A stretch of DNA of 64,000 bases from Longimicrobiales bacterium (lineage in GTDB: Bacteria; Gemmatimonadota; Gemmatimonadetes; Longimicrobiales; Gaopeijiaceae), in the NCBI GenBank assembly GCA_963664435.2, contig CAXXKM010000003.1, forward strand, positions 1,472,001-1,536,000, read 5' to 3'. A program made the translations under genes and the position numbers. A model generated the notes under the pieces. The model saw only the letters and a program-made list of their open reading frames with translations. It searched no databases and had not been told where the DNA came from. Shown piece by piece: positions 48,570-58,931 of the stretch; the first letter of the stretch is position 1, and each line of letters begins with the position of its first letter.

Positions 48570-51500
48570 TCAGGTGTGATTTCGTCCGGTCGCGGCGGCG
48601 CGCCGCTTGCGGCCCATGTACGCACGCAGCGCCGGAGGCAGCGAGCCGATGCGCGCGGCACGCTCGACCTGGTTCGCAACCGCATCTTCGTACTCGCCCA
48701 GCCGTACGAAGGCGCTCCCTTCGTGTGCCGCCACCGGGACGCCGTCCCGGTAGACGACGCGGCTTCTGGTGCTCTTGGCGATGCGCGGCCCGGGCGTGAG
48801 GATGCCGGTGAGGTTGAGCGGGTCGGCCGCGCTCACCGGGACCGGGCGGCCGGAAGGAGCTTTCCGGCGGATGCGGCGCACAAGGCCGACCGCCTCGGGA
48901 AGCGCGAACTGCTCGCCGGACACGCCGGTGACGAAGCGGCCCCCGCGCACGTCGCCCCTCGCCTCCATGCGGCGGAGCGCGCGCACCAGCCGCCACCACG
49001 GCAGCGTGCGCGGCTCGTTGTCGAGCAGCCTGCGGAACAACACCCCGTAGCGGCGCAGCAGAACGCGCGCGGTCGCCATGGCCACCGCTTCCTCCCCCTC
49101 CCCCGCCCCGCCCCCGCGACCGGACGGGTCGCGGCGCAGAAGCGACCACCGCCCCGCCGAGTCCACCCCGAAGGCGACCGACGACCGCCGCCGGTTGCGG
49201 GCGCCCCGGCGCCCCGACCGGCCTTGCGCGCCGACTGCATTGGCCGCCAGGGACGCGTGCGGCGCCGGCCCGAGCGGCTTGCGCCGGTCGGAGGGTACGA
49301 GCAGCGCGCGCAGGCCGGTGAAGCTGTCCGCTGTGGCCAGGCCGGCGGCGACCAGTTCGCCCAGCGCCTCCTCCACCCGGGTGGGGAGCAGGCCGGATGC
49401 GCCCACCAGTTCGTGGAAGAAGGAGGCGCCGCGAGCGGCCAGCACGTCGTGCACGACCCGACCGTGGGCGGAGAGGAGCGAGGCGGCGCCGTTGGCCGGG
49501 GGATCTCCGCCTGCCACGGGGTCGGCGCCGACCGCGGAAGGACCCCCACCGGGGCGTAGCCACACCTCTATGCGGCTGCGGTCCAGGAAAGCGATCGGGG
49601 TGGCGGGAAGCGGGCCGCGCATCGGGGGACCGTTGCCCGCCGGCGGGGAGATGCGCGCCCAGGTGACGCGGCCCGCCATGCAGACGGCGTCCAGCAGCCC
49701 CGGGTCGTAGCTCGCGACCCGCCGGCCGAGCACGTCCGCCTCCCACGCGCCCGCGCAGGTCTCGAATCCCTCGAGCTGGGCGAGCACGCCGGCCAGCCCC
49801 TCCACCCCCGCCGCCTGCTCGCCCTCCGCTACCCGCTGCCACGCGAACAGGAAACGCATGAAGTCGGCCTGCGACACCGGCCGGATCTCCGCCCGCAACC
49901 GGTTGAGCGTGTAGCGGTGGATGCGGGCCAGCAGGCGGCGCTCGCACCACTCCACCCCGGCGTCCGGGCTGGTGAACGCACCCCGCAGAACGAAGCCCTC
50001 GCCCTCGAGCGCGAGGAGGGCCGCCTCCACCTCCGGTGCGCCCACCGCGAGCGTATGCGCCATCTCGCCGGCCGTGACCGGACCACACATCTGGAGCCGG
50101 CCGCGCACCAGCTCGCGCACCGCATCCTCGCGACTCCACTCGCGCGCGGCCAGGTCGGCAGGCGGCGTCAGGGCCGGCTCGAGCCGCACCTCCGGACCGG
50201 CCACGGCGAGCACCTCGGGCAGCCGCTCCGCGCTCACCCACCAGGCGGGACCCTCGGGCTCAACACCGTCCGCTGCCAGGGCCTCGTGCGCATTGGCGCC
50301 ATCCGAATTACGCATTTTACGCATTTTACGTAAAACAGCCTCGCCATCGCCCGCGCCCGCCTCCGAGCGGTCCGCCCCTGCGGCCACGTGCGGCCTCAGG
50401 CGGCCCCCCGCATCCCCAACCACCCCCAGCCGCCCCGCCCGCCCGGTGGCGCACAATTCCTCGAAAAATCCCCGCCACGAGCGACCATTCCCACCCGCAT
50501 CCCCATTCCCCCCTTCCCCTTCCGCGGCCGTCAGCACCCCCGCGGTCAACAGCGCGTCGTGCAGCTCGTCCGGGTCGCGCGGGTCCGGCCAAACTTCCTC
50601 GCGCACCCGCTGGATCGCCGCCGGGTCGAGCGCGCCCAGCTCGTCCGCCGACGAGGGCTCGAAGGCCCGCCGGGTCTGTACCGCCCGCGCGCGCCGCTCT
50701 TCCAGCGGAGCGTCATCCAGAAACGAATACGGGGCCGAATTGAGGATCTCGTGGCTGAGCACCGAGGGCTCGGGGGTGTCCCGCGTGACGTAGCGGATCT
50801 CGCCCGAGAACACCCGCCGCAGCACGCGATCCAGCTCGCCCATCGCCATCGCCTCCTCCAGGCAATCGCGCAGCGTCTGGCGGACCAGCGGATGATCGGG
50901 GATCTCGCGGTCGCCGCCGATGTTCTCGAGGCACGCGGCCGCTTCCGGAAAGGCCGCGGCCATAAGGTCGTCGGCCTCCATGCGCTGCAGCGGGGGCGGC
51001 ACCTTGCGGCCCGCCCGGTTGCGCAGCACCGCCAGCGAGATGGTCGCGTTCCAGCGCCAGCGCGTCGGAAAGACCGGCGAGTCGATCAGCGCCTGCACCA
51101 GCGTCCGCTCGAGCGTGTCCGGATGCACGTAGCGAAAGACATCCTCCAGCGGGAAGGAATGCTGCGGCCCCAGCGAGAGCAGGACGCCCTCCTCGGTGGC
51201 CGCCGCCTGGAGCTCGAAGTTGAACTGGCGGCAGAACTTCTTGCGCAGCGCAAGCCCCCAGGCCCGGTTCACCCGCGAGCCGAAGGGCGCGTGCAGGATC
51301 ATCTGCATGCCCCCGGCCTCGTCGAAGAAGCGTTCGAGCACCAGCGTATCCTGCGTGGGCAGCGCCCCGAGGATGTGCTTCGCCTCCCGCAGATAGTGCT
51401 GGATCTGCCGCGCGGCGGAACTCGACAGCCCCAGCTCTTCGAGCCACTTGGCGGCAGCGTCCTCGTCCTCCCCGTCCAGCCGCGCCTCGACGTCCGCGCG

Positions 51501-53225
51501 CAGCCGGGCCACCGAACTCGACAGCTCCGCGCTCCGCCCGGGCGCCTCGCCCAGCCAGAACGGGATCGTGGGCGGCTCCCCGTGCGCGTCCGCCACCCGC
51601 ACCGTCCCGGAATTGACGGCGAGGATGCGCCAGGAGGTGTTGCCCAGCTGGAAGATGTCGCCCGCGGAACTCTCGATGGCGAAGTCCTCGTTGAGGGTGC
51701 CGATGAAGGTCTCCTCCGGATCGAGCACCACCCGGTAGTCGGCGTTGTCGGGAATCGCGCCGCCCGCGGTGATCGCCGTGAGGCGGGCCGCGCGCCGCCC
51801 CTTGATGCGCCCGTTCACGCGGTCGCGGTGAACCAGCGCCCCGCGCCGCCCGCGACGGGTGACGAAGCCCTCGGCCACCATCTGCACGACCTCGTCGAAG
51901 TGCTCGCGCGCCAGCTCCCGGTACGGGTACGCGCCGCGCCAGAGGTCATAGAGCTCGTCCTCGGACCAGGGCTCGCACGCCGTTTCCGCCACGGTCTGCT
52001 GCGCCAGCACGTCGAGCGGCTGCGGCATCATGATGAGCCGGTCCAGCTCCCCTTCGTTCACCGCGCGCACGAGCGCCGCGCACTCGACCATGTCGTCGCG
52101 GGAGAGCGGGAACAAGCGCCCCCTGGGGGTACCGCGAACCGTGTGTCCGGACCGCCCCACCCGCTGCAGGAAGGTCGAGATCCAGCGCGGCGACCCGATC
52201 TGGCACACCAGGTCCACGTGCCCGATGTCGATGCCGAGCTCGAGCGACGCGGTCGCCACCAGCGCCTTCAGGCTGCCCGCGCGCAGCCGGTCCTCGGCGT
52301 CCAGGCGCGCCTCCTTTGAGAGGCTCCCGTGGTGCGCGGTGACCGCCTCCTCGCCCAGCCGGTCGGTCAGTCGGGCCGCGAGCCGCTCCGCCATCCGGCG
52401 CGTGTTGACGAAGACGAGGGTGGTCTTGTGGGCCTCGATCGACTCGGTCAGCCGCTCGTAGACCTCCGACCACACCTCGTGCGACATCACCGCCTCCATC
52501 GGCGACGGCGGCACCTCGAGCGCCAGATCCATGGCGCGGCGGTGCCCCTCGTCGATGATGGTGCAGTCGCTCTGGCTCCCCAGCAGGAAGCGCGCGACCT
52601 CGCTGACCGGCTTCTGCGTGGCCGACAGCCCGATGCGCTGCAGCGGCCGTCCCGTCACGTGCCCCAGCCGCTCCAGGCTGAGCGCCAGGTGCGACCCCCG
52701 CCGCGAATCGATCACGGCATGGATCTCGTCCACGATTACCGTGCGCACGGCGCGGAGCATCGCGCGGCTGCGCTCGGCGGTCAGGAGCAGGTAGAGCGAC
52801 TCCGGCGTGGTGACCAGGATGTGCGGAGGCGTGCGCAGCATCGCGGCCCGGCTCGAGGACGGCGTGTCCCCCGTGCGCACCGCCGAACGGATGCGGACGG
52901 CGGGCAGCCCCGCCTCCAGGGCGCGCTCGCGGATGGCGGCCAGCGGCTCCTCGAGGTTCTTGTGAATGTCGGCGCTGAGCGCCTTGAGGGGCGAGATGTA
53001 GAGGACCCGCACCTCGTTCTCAAGACCATGCTCGAGCCCTTCGCGCAGCAGCTCGTCGATGGCGTTCAGGAATGCGGCGAGCGTCTTCCCGGACCCGGTC
53101 GGAGCGGCGAGGAGAGTGTGGCTGCGATCGCGGATGGCGGCCCAGGCGCGCTCCTGCGCGGGAAGCGGCGCCCCCAGCGTCTCGGTGAACCAGCGCTCGA
53201 CGATCGGGTGGAAGGGCAAGGTCAT
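48570..53225 (-). CDS. lhr: Large ATP-dependent helicase Lhr
   Basis: APTGSGKT, SPLKAL, TTPESL, DEIH, SAT, HHGSLS, LELGIDIG, QRVGRSGH, RGGRFV...GEQFALP, SAADPLNL. Confidence 0.93.
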   Translation of the reverse strand: MTLPFHPIVERWFTETLGAPLPAQERAWAAIRDRSHTLLAAPTGSGKTLAAFLNAIDELLREGLEHGLENEVRVLYISPLKALSADIHKNLEEPLAAIRERALEAGLPAVRIRSAVRTGDTPSSSRAAMLRTPPHILVTTPESLYLLLTAERSRAMLRAVRTVIVDEIHAVIDSRRGSHLALSLERLGHVTGRPLQRIGLSATQKPVSEVARFLLGSQSDCTIIDEGHRRAMDLALEVPPSPMEAVMSHEVWSEVYERLTESIEAHKTTLVFVNTRRMAERLAARLTDRLGEEAVTAHHGSLSKEARLDAEDRLRAGSLKALVATASLELGIDIGHVDLVCQIGSPRWISTFLQRVGRSGHTVRGTPRGRLFPLSRDDMVECAALVRAVNEGELDRLIMMPQPLDVLAQQTVAETACEPWSEDELYDLWRGAYPYRELAREHFDEVVQMVAEGFVTRRGRRGALVHRDRVNGRIKGRRAARLTAITAGGAIPDNADYRVVLDPEETFIGTLNEDFAIESSAGDIFQLGNTSWRILAVNSGTVRVADAHGEPPTIPFWLGEAPGRSAELSSSVARLRADVEARLDGEDEDAAAKWLEELGLSSSAARQIQHYLREAKHILGALPTQDTLVLERFFDEAGGMQMILHAPFGSRVNRAWGLALRKKFCRQFNFELQAAATEEGVLLSLGPQHSFPLEDVFRYVHPDTLERTLVQALIDSPVFPTRWRWNATISLAVLRNRAGRKVPPPLQRMEADDLMAAAFPEAAACLENIGGDREIPDHPLVRQTLRDCLEEAMAMGELDRVLRRVFSGEIRYVTRDTPEPSVLSHEILNSAPYSFLDDAPLEERRARAVQTRRAFEPSSADELGALDPAAIQRVREEVWPDPRDPDELHDALLTAGVLTAAEGEGGNGDAGGNGRSWRGFFEELCATGRAGRLGVVGDAGGRLRPHVAAGADRSEAGAGDGEAVLRKMRKMRNSDGANAHEALAADGVEPEGPAWWVSAERLPEVLAVAGPEVRLEPALTPPADLAAREWSREDAVRELVRGRLQMCGPVTAGEMAHTLAVGAPEVEAALLALEGEGFVLRGAFTSPDAGVEWCERRLLARIHRYTLNRLRAEIRPVSQADFMRFLFAWQRVAEGEQAAGVEGLAGVLAQLEGFETCAGAWEADVLGRRVASYDPGLLDAVCMAGRVTWARISPPAGNGPPMRGPLPATPIAFLDRSRIEVWLRPGGGPSAVGADPVAGGDPPANGAASLLSAHGRVVHDVLAARGASFFHELVGASGLLPTRVEEALGELVAAGLATADSFTGLRALLVPSDRRKPLGPAPHASLAANAVGAQGRSGRRGARNRRRSSVAFGVDSAGRWSLLRRDPSGRGGGAGEGEEAVAMATARVLLRRYGVLFRRLLDNEPRTLPWWRLVRALRRMEARGDVRGGRFVTGVSGEQFALPEAVGLVRRIRRKAPSGRPVPVSAADPLNLTGILTPGPRIAKSTRSRVVYRDGVPVAAHEGSAFVRLGEYEDAVANQVERAARIGSLPPALRAYMGRKRRAAATGRNHT
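50308..50335. repeat. AT-rich 9-bp tandem repeat with 12-bp palindrome inside lhr
   Basis: ttacgcatt-ttacgcatt-ttacgtaaa; TTTTACGTAAAA at 50324-50335. Confidence 0.8.
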
Positions 53226-53412
53226 CGCGAACCGTAACCCGGATGACCGGCACCGGCAACCGCGATGTGGCGCGCCCGAGGCCCGGTGGCACGGCCGGGT
53301 CCGAACGTGCAGGTTTCAGGTACCTCGGCCTCTGGACGCCGGCGCCGAAGCCGGCCTCTCGCGCGACGGCGCGGGGCCCGAAGTCCCAGTCCCGATACCG
53401 CCAGGAGGACCG

Positions 53413-54234
53413 ATGAAATCAGCATGGCGCATGGTCGCAGCGGCCGCGGCCCTCATGCTCTCGACCCCGCTCGCCTCACACGGGCAGGATCCGCCCGCTC
53501 CCGCTGCACCGCTCGACACCCCGATCCTGTTGAGGCTGGCGCCACCCGAGGGCCAGGTGTCCCGCTACGCCCACTCCACGCAGGCGGAAGTGGAAAGCTC
53601 GATGATGCCGGCGAGCCCCGTCATGACCATGCGCACCCATCAGACGCAAACCGTCCTTGGCGTGGGGAACGACGTGATCCGATTCCGCACGACCATCGAC
53701 TCGGTCTCCACGACGATGCCGACGACCGTGCCCGGGATGGACATGCCGGACTATTCCGGCAGCGTCTTCACAACGGTAATGGATACGCGCGGCGGATCGG
53801 TTGGCGTCATCAGTACCGAGGGGCTGCCGCAGGTCGCCGGGTTCGACCCGGCGAGCATCATGCGGGAATCGAGCCATTTCGTGCTCCCCGAGGAGGAGGT
53901 CAGCCCCGGGGATTCATGGACCGTCGCCGCGCCCATGAGCCTGCCCATGGGCCCCGCCGGGTCGATGTCGATCGAAGTGACGATGACGTACACCTTCGTG
54001 AGCCTCGAGGGTAGCCTCGCAACTCTCTCGTTCGAGGGTCCGATGGACATGGATCTGGACATGGGAGCCGGGGGCATGACGGCCACCGGAACCACCACCG
54101 GCAACATGGTCGTGGACCTCGCCGAGGGCCGATTCCGGAGCCAGTCGAGCCGAGCCAGCCTCGACATGAGCATGGCCGGGATGGCGATGACGACGAACCT
54201 GACGACCACGATGGAACTGCTGCCGGATCCCTGA
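53413..54234 (+). CDS. Hypothetical exported Met/Thr-rich beta protein
   Basis: RBS AGGAGG; signal peptide; LP...V.PGDSW motif. Confidence 0.75.
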   Translation: MKSAWRMVAAAAALMLSTPLASHGQDPPAPAAPLDTPILLRLAPPEGQVSRYAHSTQAEVESSMMPASPVMTMRTHQTQTVLGVGNDVIRFRTTIDSVSTTMPTTVPGMDMPDYSGSVFTTVMDTRGGSVGVISTEGLPQVAGFDPASIMRESSHFVLPEEEVSPGDSWTVAAPMSLPMGPAGSMSIEVTMTYTFVSLEGSLATLSFEGPMDMDLDMGAGGMTATGTTTGNMVVDLAEGRFRSQSSRASLDMSMAGMAMTTNLTTTMELLPDP

Positions 54235-54292
54235 CCCGGACCGCCGGCAGGTCGTCCGCCTCAGGCCCATCGGCGACGGTGCGACGGGCGGT

Positions 54293-55801
54293 CTACTCGA
54301 CGACGCTCCCGTGGCCCTCCCGGCGCCGGTCGCCCCCGACCCCCCTCACGCGCGGCGCCACGACGTGCACCCCGCCGAAGTACAGGTTCGGCTGCGGCCA
54401 GGGCGCTACGTCCCATTCTTCCTCGAGCGCGGCCATCGCTTCCTCCGGGAATCCCGGCTCGATCTGGAGCTGTTCGCCGTCGAAATGCATGCGCGGGAAG
54501 TTGGACGCCTCGTCGGGCGAGAGTCCCAGGTCGAGGAGGTTTGAAATCACCTGGAACACTGCCGAAGGGATGCGGTTGCTGCCCCCGGTGCCGAGGGCGG
54601 CGAGCACCTGGTCTCCCTCCAGCAGCAGCGCCGGCGACATCATCGACGCCACCCGGTCCCCCGGCTCCGAGGCGTGGAATCCGGCGGGGTGGAGGTCCAC
54701 CTCCCCCATCATGTTGTTGAAGTGGATGCCGGTTCCCGGCAGAAAGTACGACGAGCCCGACCCGTTCGACATGGAGAGCGCGGCGACGTTGCCCTCGGCG
54801 TCGGAGGCGTTGAGGTGGGTGGTGCCGTGAACGGCGTGGATCAACGGGGCATGGACGCCCTCCAGCAATGCCGCCTGGGCCGGATCGCGCGCGACCTCCT
54901 CACCTCCCCGGAGGCGGACGGCCCGCTCGAGCGCCCGGGCCGTCGCGCGAACGTGCTCGAGGCTTCCCCAGCCGCAGCCCGACAGATCGGCTTCTTCCTG
55001 CAGCAGCAGGCGAAGCGCCATCAGCGACCCGCCCAGGGCGGGAGGCGGGTTGGCCAGGACGCGTCGCCCGCGATACCCGACGGAGAGGGGACGGCGCTCG
55101 ATGACCTCATACCGCGCCAGATCCTCGCGCGTCATCAGGCCGCCGCCCTCCAGCATGTCGCGTTCGATGACCTCGGCGAAGTCCCCGCCATAGTATCCCC
55201 GCGGATCGCGCGGGAGGTGTTCCAGAAAATCCGCCAGATCAGGATTGCGACTCAGCGTGCCCACCGGCAGTACGTCGCCGTTCTGCAGATAGAGAGCGCC
55301 ACCCATCCGCGAATCCCGCAGCACGGGATACATCAGCTGCAGGGAGTCGGATACGAAGGGGGTGATGCGAATCCCGGCCCGCGCAACGGCAACGGCCGGC
55401 GCAACCACCTCCGCGAGGGGCAGCCGCCCCAGGCGCTCGTGTACGTGCACCAGGCCCTTGAGGGTGCCCGGCACCGCCGCGGACGCCAGCCCGATGGTGA
55501 ACTCCTGCAGCACATCTCCGAAGAGGATGTCCACCGGATAGAAATGGCGGTCGCCTTCACCCGGCGGATCGGTCAGGCCGAGACCCGGAGCGGAGGCGAT
55601 GAAGTCGAAGAGGATCTCCTCGCCGGAGCCAGTGCGCGCCAGCACGAACCCCGCGCCCCCGAGGCTCGCCATGGTGGGCTCCACGACGGTGCTGGTGAAC
55701 GCCGCCGCCGCGACGGCATCGAAGGCGTTGCCCCCGGCACGGAGGATGTCCGCGCCAGCCTCGGAGATGACGGGGTGTCCGGAAGAGAGAAGTCCTTGCA
55801 T
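54293..55801 (-). CDS. ggt: Gamma-glutamyltransferase family protein
   Basis: GGNAFDA, AVPG, GTTH (Ntn Thr), NNMMGE, SMMSP, GTGGS.RI, D.RR.G. Confidence 0.9.
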   Translation of the reverse strand: MQGLLSSGHPVISEAGADILRAGGNAFDAVAAAAFTSTVVEPTMASLGGAGFVLARTGSGEEILFDFIASAPGLGLTDPPGEGDRHFYPVDILFGDVLQEFTIGLASAAVPGTLKGLVHVHERLGRLPLAEVVAPAVAVARAGIRITPFVSDSLQLMYPVLRDSRMGGALYLQNGDVLPVGTLSRNPDLADFLEHLPRDPRGYYGGDFAEVIERDMLEGGGLMTREDLARYEVIERRPLSVGYRGRRVLANPPPALGGSLMALRLLLQEEADLSGCGWGSLEHVRATARALERAVRLRGGEEVARDPAQAALLEGVHAPLIHAVHGTTHLNASDAEGNVAALSMSNGSGSSYFLPGTGIHFNNMMGEVDLHPAGFHASEPGDRVASMMSPALLLEGDQVLAALGTGGSNRIPSAVFQVISNLLDLGLSPDEASNFPRMHFDGEQLQIEPGFPEEAMAALEEEWDVAPWPQPNLYFGGVHVVAPRVRGVGGDRRREGHGSVVE

Positions 55802-55978
55802 GGCCCGGAATGTACCACGGCGGGCGGGCGGCTGTCACCGACACGGCGACGGCAGGGCCATGTTCGGCGACAGGCTCGTCGCGCCATGTAGTCGCCCGTG
55901 ATCGCGGGGTAGCTTTGGTCGCCCATGTTCGCAGACACCGATCCGGCGTTGCGGGAGCTTGAGGATGTCCTTCATCAG

Positions 55979-56009
55979 ATGTTATCATGCTTTGATACTG
56001 TGATAACAT
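55979..56009. promoter_or_regulatory. Putative antitoxin operator (inverted repeat)
   Basis: ATGTTATCA-N13-TGATAACAT just upstream of the RBS. Confidence 0.65.
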
Positions 56010-56029
56010 ATGGAGAGGTGTTCCGGCCC

Positions 56030-56257
56030 GTGATCAGAACTCAGATCTCCGTAGACGAGGAGATGTACGCGCGCGCCAAGAAGGCTGCTCGCCGCCAGGG
56101 TATCTCGCTGGCGGAGCTGTGCCGAAGGAGCCTGGCCGAGACCTTGGCGCGCGAGCCCGTCTGCCATCCCTGGATGGCCTGGGTGGGCAGCCTCGAGGGC
56201 CGGCCTGAAGACAGCGCGAGCGTTGACGACGTGGTCTACGGGCGCGAGGCGCCGTGA
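56030..56257 (+). CDS. CopG/RHH antitoxin (VapB-like)
   Basis: IRTQIS.D...A.R.GISLAEL.RR, D.VVYG; GTGA overlap with PIN gene. Confidence 0.82.
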   Translation: MIRTQISVDEEMYARAKKAARRQGISLAELCRRSLAETLAREPVCHPWMAWVGSLEGRPEDSASVDDVVYGREAP

Positions 56258-56664
56258 AGAACCCAAGGGTCTTTCTGGATACGGGAATCCTCATTGCGGC
56301 CCTCAACCGGCGTGATCAGTATCACGAGCAGGCGCGCGCGCTGTTCGCGGGACCTGCGCCGCGCTGGCATTCTTCCCTGCTGGTGTGGTCCGAGGCGTGC
56401 TCGTGGTTCCTCCATCGGCACGGAGAGGAGTCGGCCCGCACGTGCAGGCTTTTTCTCGACAACCTCGACGGCCTGATCGTCCACGAGGGGACTGCCGCGC
56501 TTCACCATACCACCTGCCGCATGCTCGACCGCATGCGCGGAGCGCGCCTGACCTACGTGGACGCCTCCAGCCTGGCGCTGATGGAGCAGCACGAGATCAG
56601 GACTGCGTGGGCGACCGACTACCATCTCGGACTGACCGGGGCGGAGGTGCTGCCGAGGGTGTGA
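56254..56664 (+). CDS. vapC: PIN-domain toxin (VapC-like)
   Basis: VFLDTG, D.YH..A, E, YVDASS, TD.H. Confidence 0.85.
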   Translation: MKNPRVFLDTGILIAALNRRDQYHEQARALFAGPAPRWHSSLLVWSEACSWFLHRHGEESARTCRLFLDNLDGLIVHEGTAALHHTTCRMLDRMRGARLTYVDASSLALMEQHEIRTAWATDYHLGLTGAEVLPRV

Positions 56665-56736
56665 GGCGGCTGGGATCCCGCCCTCCCGGAGCCTGCGGGC
56701 TGGATTGCGGCCGGCCGCATCGGCGCCGCTCCGCGC

Positions 56737-58167
56737 CTATACCTTCGCCTCCCGCCATTTGCCCCGCTTGAACAGCACCGCGGCCACCACCGCCAGCGTT
56801 GAAAACGACACCGTCATCGCAATGAAGACGCCCGTCGTCTCGAGACCGCCGGCAAGGGAGAGGCCCCAGGCGAGCGGGATCTCCCAGAGCCAGAAGCAGA
56901 AGAAGTTGAGGATTGTGGGCGTCCACACCGCGCCCGCCCCGTTGAACGCGGCCGTGAGCACCATGCCGTAGCCGTAGAAGACGAGGCCGATGGACACGAT
57001 GCGGAGGCCGGTCACGGCGACGGCGGACGCACCCTCGGTTCCGCCGAACAACCCCACGATGGCCGGCGCGAAGCCGATGAAGAACACGCTGACCGCGCCC
57101 AGGAAGGCGAAGTTCATCTTGCACGAGATCCACGCCGCGCGCTCGGCGCGCTCCGGGTTCCCGGCCCCGAGCGCCTGCCCGACCATGGTCGCCGCCGCGT
57201 TGGAGAGTCCCCATGCAGGGAGGATCGCGAACAGGATGATCCGGATCGCGACCACGTATCCGGCCAGCGCCTCGGCCCCGAACACCGCCGTCACGCGCGT
57301 GAGCCCGATCCAGCTGGCGGTGGCGATGAAGGTCTGAAGCATCCCCGTCGCCGAGAGCCGCACGAGCTGAGCCATGAGGGCGGGCTGGATGCCCAGGTGC
57401 GGCATCCGGATGCGCAGCCTTCCGCCCAGGCGGAACAGCGTGTAGACCTGCACCAGGACCGCCGTCCCGCGGCCGATCGTGGTCGCGACCGCCGCCCCCT
57501 GCACCCCCAGCTCCGGGAACGGCCCGACGCCGAAGATGAGCAGGGGATCGAGGACGATGTTGAGCCCGTTGGCGATCCACAGCACGCGCATGGCGATCGC
57601 GGCGTCGCCCGCCCCGCGGAAGGCGGCGTTCTGCAGGAACAGCAGCAGGATGACGACGTTGCCGCCGAGCATGATGCGCGTGTACGGCACCCCGGTGGCC
57701 ACCACGTTCTCGTCCGCGCCCATGATCCGCAGGATGTCCGGCGCGAAGGCCACGCCGGCGATGCCGAACAGGAGCGCCAGCGCGAGCCCCAGCAGGATGG
57801 CCTGCGCGGCGGCTCGGGACGCCCCTTCTTCGTCGCCCCCGCCGATCCGGCGCGACACCACGGCCGTGACCCCGATGCTGAGCCCCATCGCGAGGGTATA
57901 GATCAGCGACAGCACCGATTCGGTCAGCGCCACCCCCGCCATGGCCTCGTCCCCCAGCCTGGAAACGAAGTAGATGTCGACGACCGCGAACAGCGACTCC
58001 ATCACCATCTCCAGCACCATCGGCACCGCGAGAAGGACGACCGCCCGCCGGATCGGGCCCCGGGTGGGATCGCCCCCGGTACCGCGCACGGCGTGGACAA
58101 GGACGTCCCACCAGGTTTCGGGCGCGGGTGCTGGAGTAGGCTGGTCGGTGCTCGCGCGCGTGTTCAT
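56737..58167 (-). CDS. MATE family efflux transporter
   Basis: LAVPM.LE, VD..FV..LG, RGAGD, NIVLDP..IFG, G..GAA.AT; about 12 TM. Confidence 0.92.
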   Translation of the reverse strand: MNTRASTDQPTPAPAPETWWDVLVHAVRGTGGDPTRGPIRRAVVLLAVPMVLEMVMESLFAVVDIYFVSRLGDEAMAGVALTESVLSLIYTLAMGLSIGVTAVVSRRIGGGDEEGASRAAAQAILLGLALALLFGIAGVAFAPDILRIMGADENVVATGVPYTRIMLGGNVVILLLFLQNAAFRGAGDAAIAMRVLWIANGLNIVLDPLLIFGVGPFPELGVQGAAVATTIGRGTAVLVQVYTLFRLGGRLRIRMPHLGIQPALMAQLVRLSATGMLQTFIATASWIGLTRVTAVFGAEALAGYVVAIRIILFAILPAWGLSNAAATMVGQALGAGNPERAERAAWISCKMNFAFLGAVSVFFIGFAPAIVGLFGGTEGASAVAVTGLRIVSIGLVFYGYGMVLTAAFNGAGAVWTPTILNFFCFWLWEIPLAWGLSLAGGLETTGVFIAMTVSFSTLAVVAAVLFKRGKWREAKV

Positions 58168-58331
58168 CGTGGCGAAGAAACTAACCGTTCTGGATGGGAT
58201 CCCGGGCCTGACGTTACGTCAGGGTATGCAAGCCGGGGGTGGGGTCTAAGGCTGGAGAAGCTTCCCGAGCCAGGCTAGACTTGGCCGCCCCTTCCCACAG
58301 CCAACCCACACCTCACCAGAGAGGGACGCCC

Positions 58332-58802
58332 ATGTCGCAGGCCGCCGAGATCGTCGCACAGCTGGAAACGTCCCACGGGTACATCAGGAAGATGATCTCG
58401 ATCTTCGAGGAAGAGGACGCCGGTTTCGCCCCGCAGCCCGAACTCTACACCGTCGCCGGCCACATCGCGCACGCCGCGGATTCGGTCGAGTGGTTCGTGG
58501 ATGGCGCCTTCGGGAAAGGGTGGAACATGGACTTCGAGGGCCTGATCGCCGCGGCCCGGGCGGTGGAGTCGCTCGATGAGGCGATCGCGTGGCTCGACCG
58601 CGCATTCGAAAAGGCCATCGCGACCTTCGAGGCGGCGTCGGACGAGGACCTTGCCGCGCCCATCCCCGACGAGCGCATCATGCCGGGCGCGTCCCGCTCC
58701 GCCATTGTGCTGCCCCTCGTGGATCACACGGCGCACCACCGGGGCGCGCTCACGGTGTATGCCCGCCTCCTGGGCAAGGTGCCGGGCATGATGTACGAGT
58801 AA
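58332..58802 (+). CDS. DinB/YfiT family protein
   Basis: F.P, HIAH, H..HHRG.L.VY.RL.G..P. Confidence 0.88.
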   Translation: MSQAAEIVAQLETSHGYIRKMISIFEEEDAGFAPQPELYTVAGHIAHAADSVEWFVDGAFGKGWNMDFEGLIAAARAVESLDEAIAWLDRAFEKAIATFEAASDEDLAAPIPDERIMPGASRSAIVLPLVDHTAHHRGALTVYARLLGKVPGMMYE

Positions 58803-58931
58803 TCCTGGCGGCTTAGGCCACCCCGACCACTCGTGGCGGGCGAGCGCTCGCGTGCGTACTCTGCCGTATCCAACAAGCGCCTGGGCGGGTTTGCAGTTGC
58901 GCGAGACAGTACCTGGCGGAGGGGATGCGAT

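Noticed and set aside
26566..55801. Oxoprolinase + GGT as a gamma-glutamyl cycle cluster
   Set aside because: About 24 kb apart in different compositional contexts
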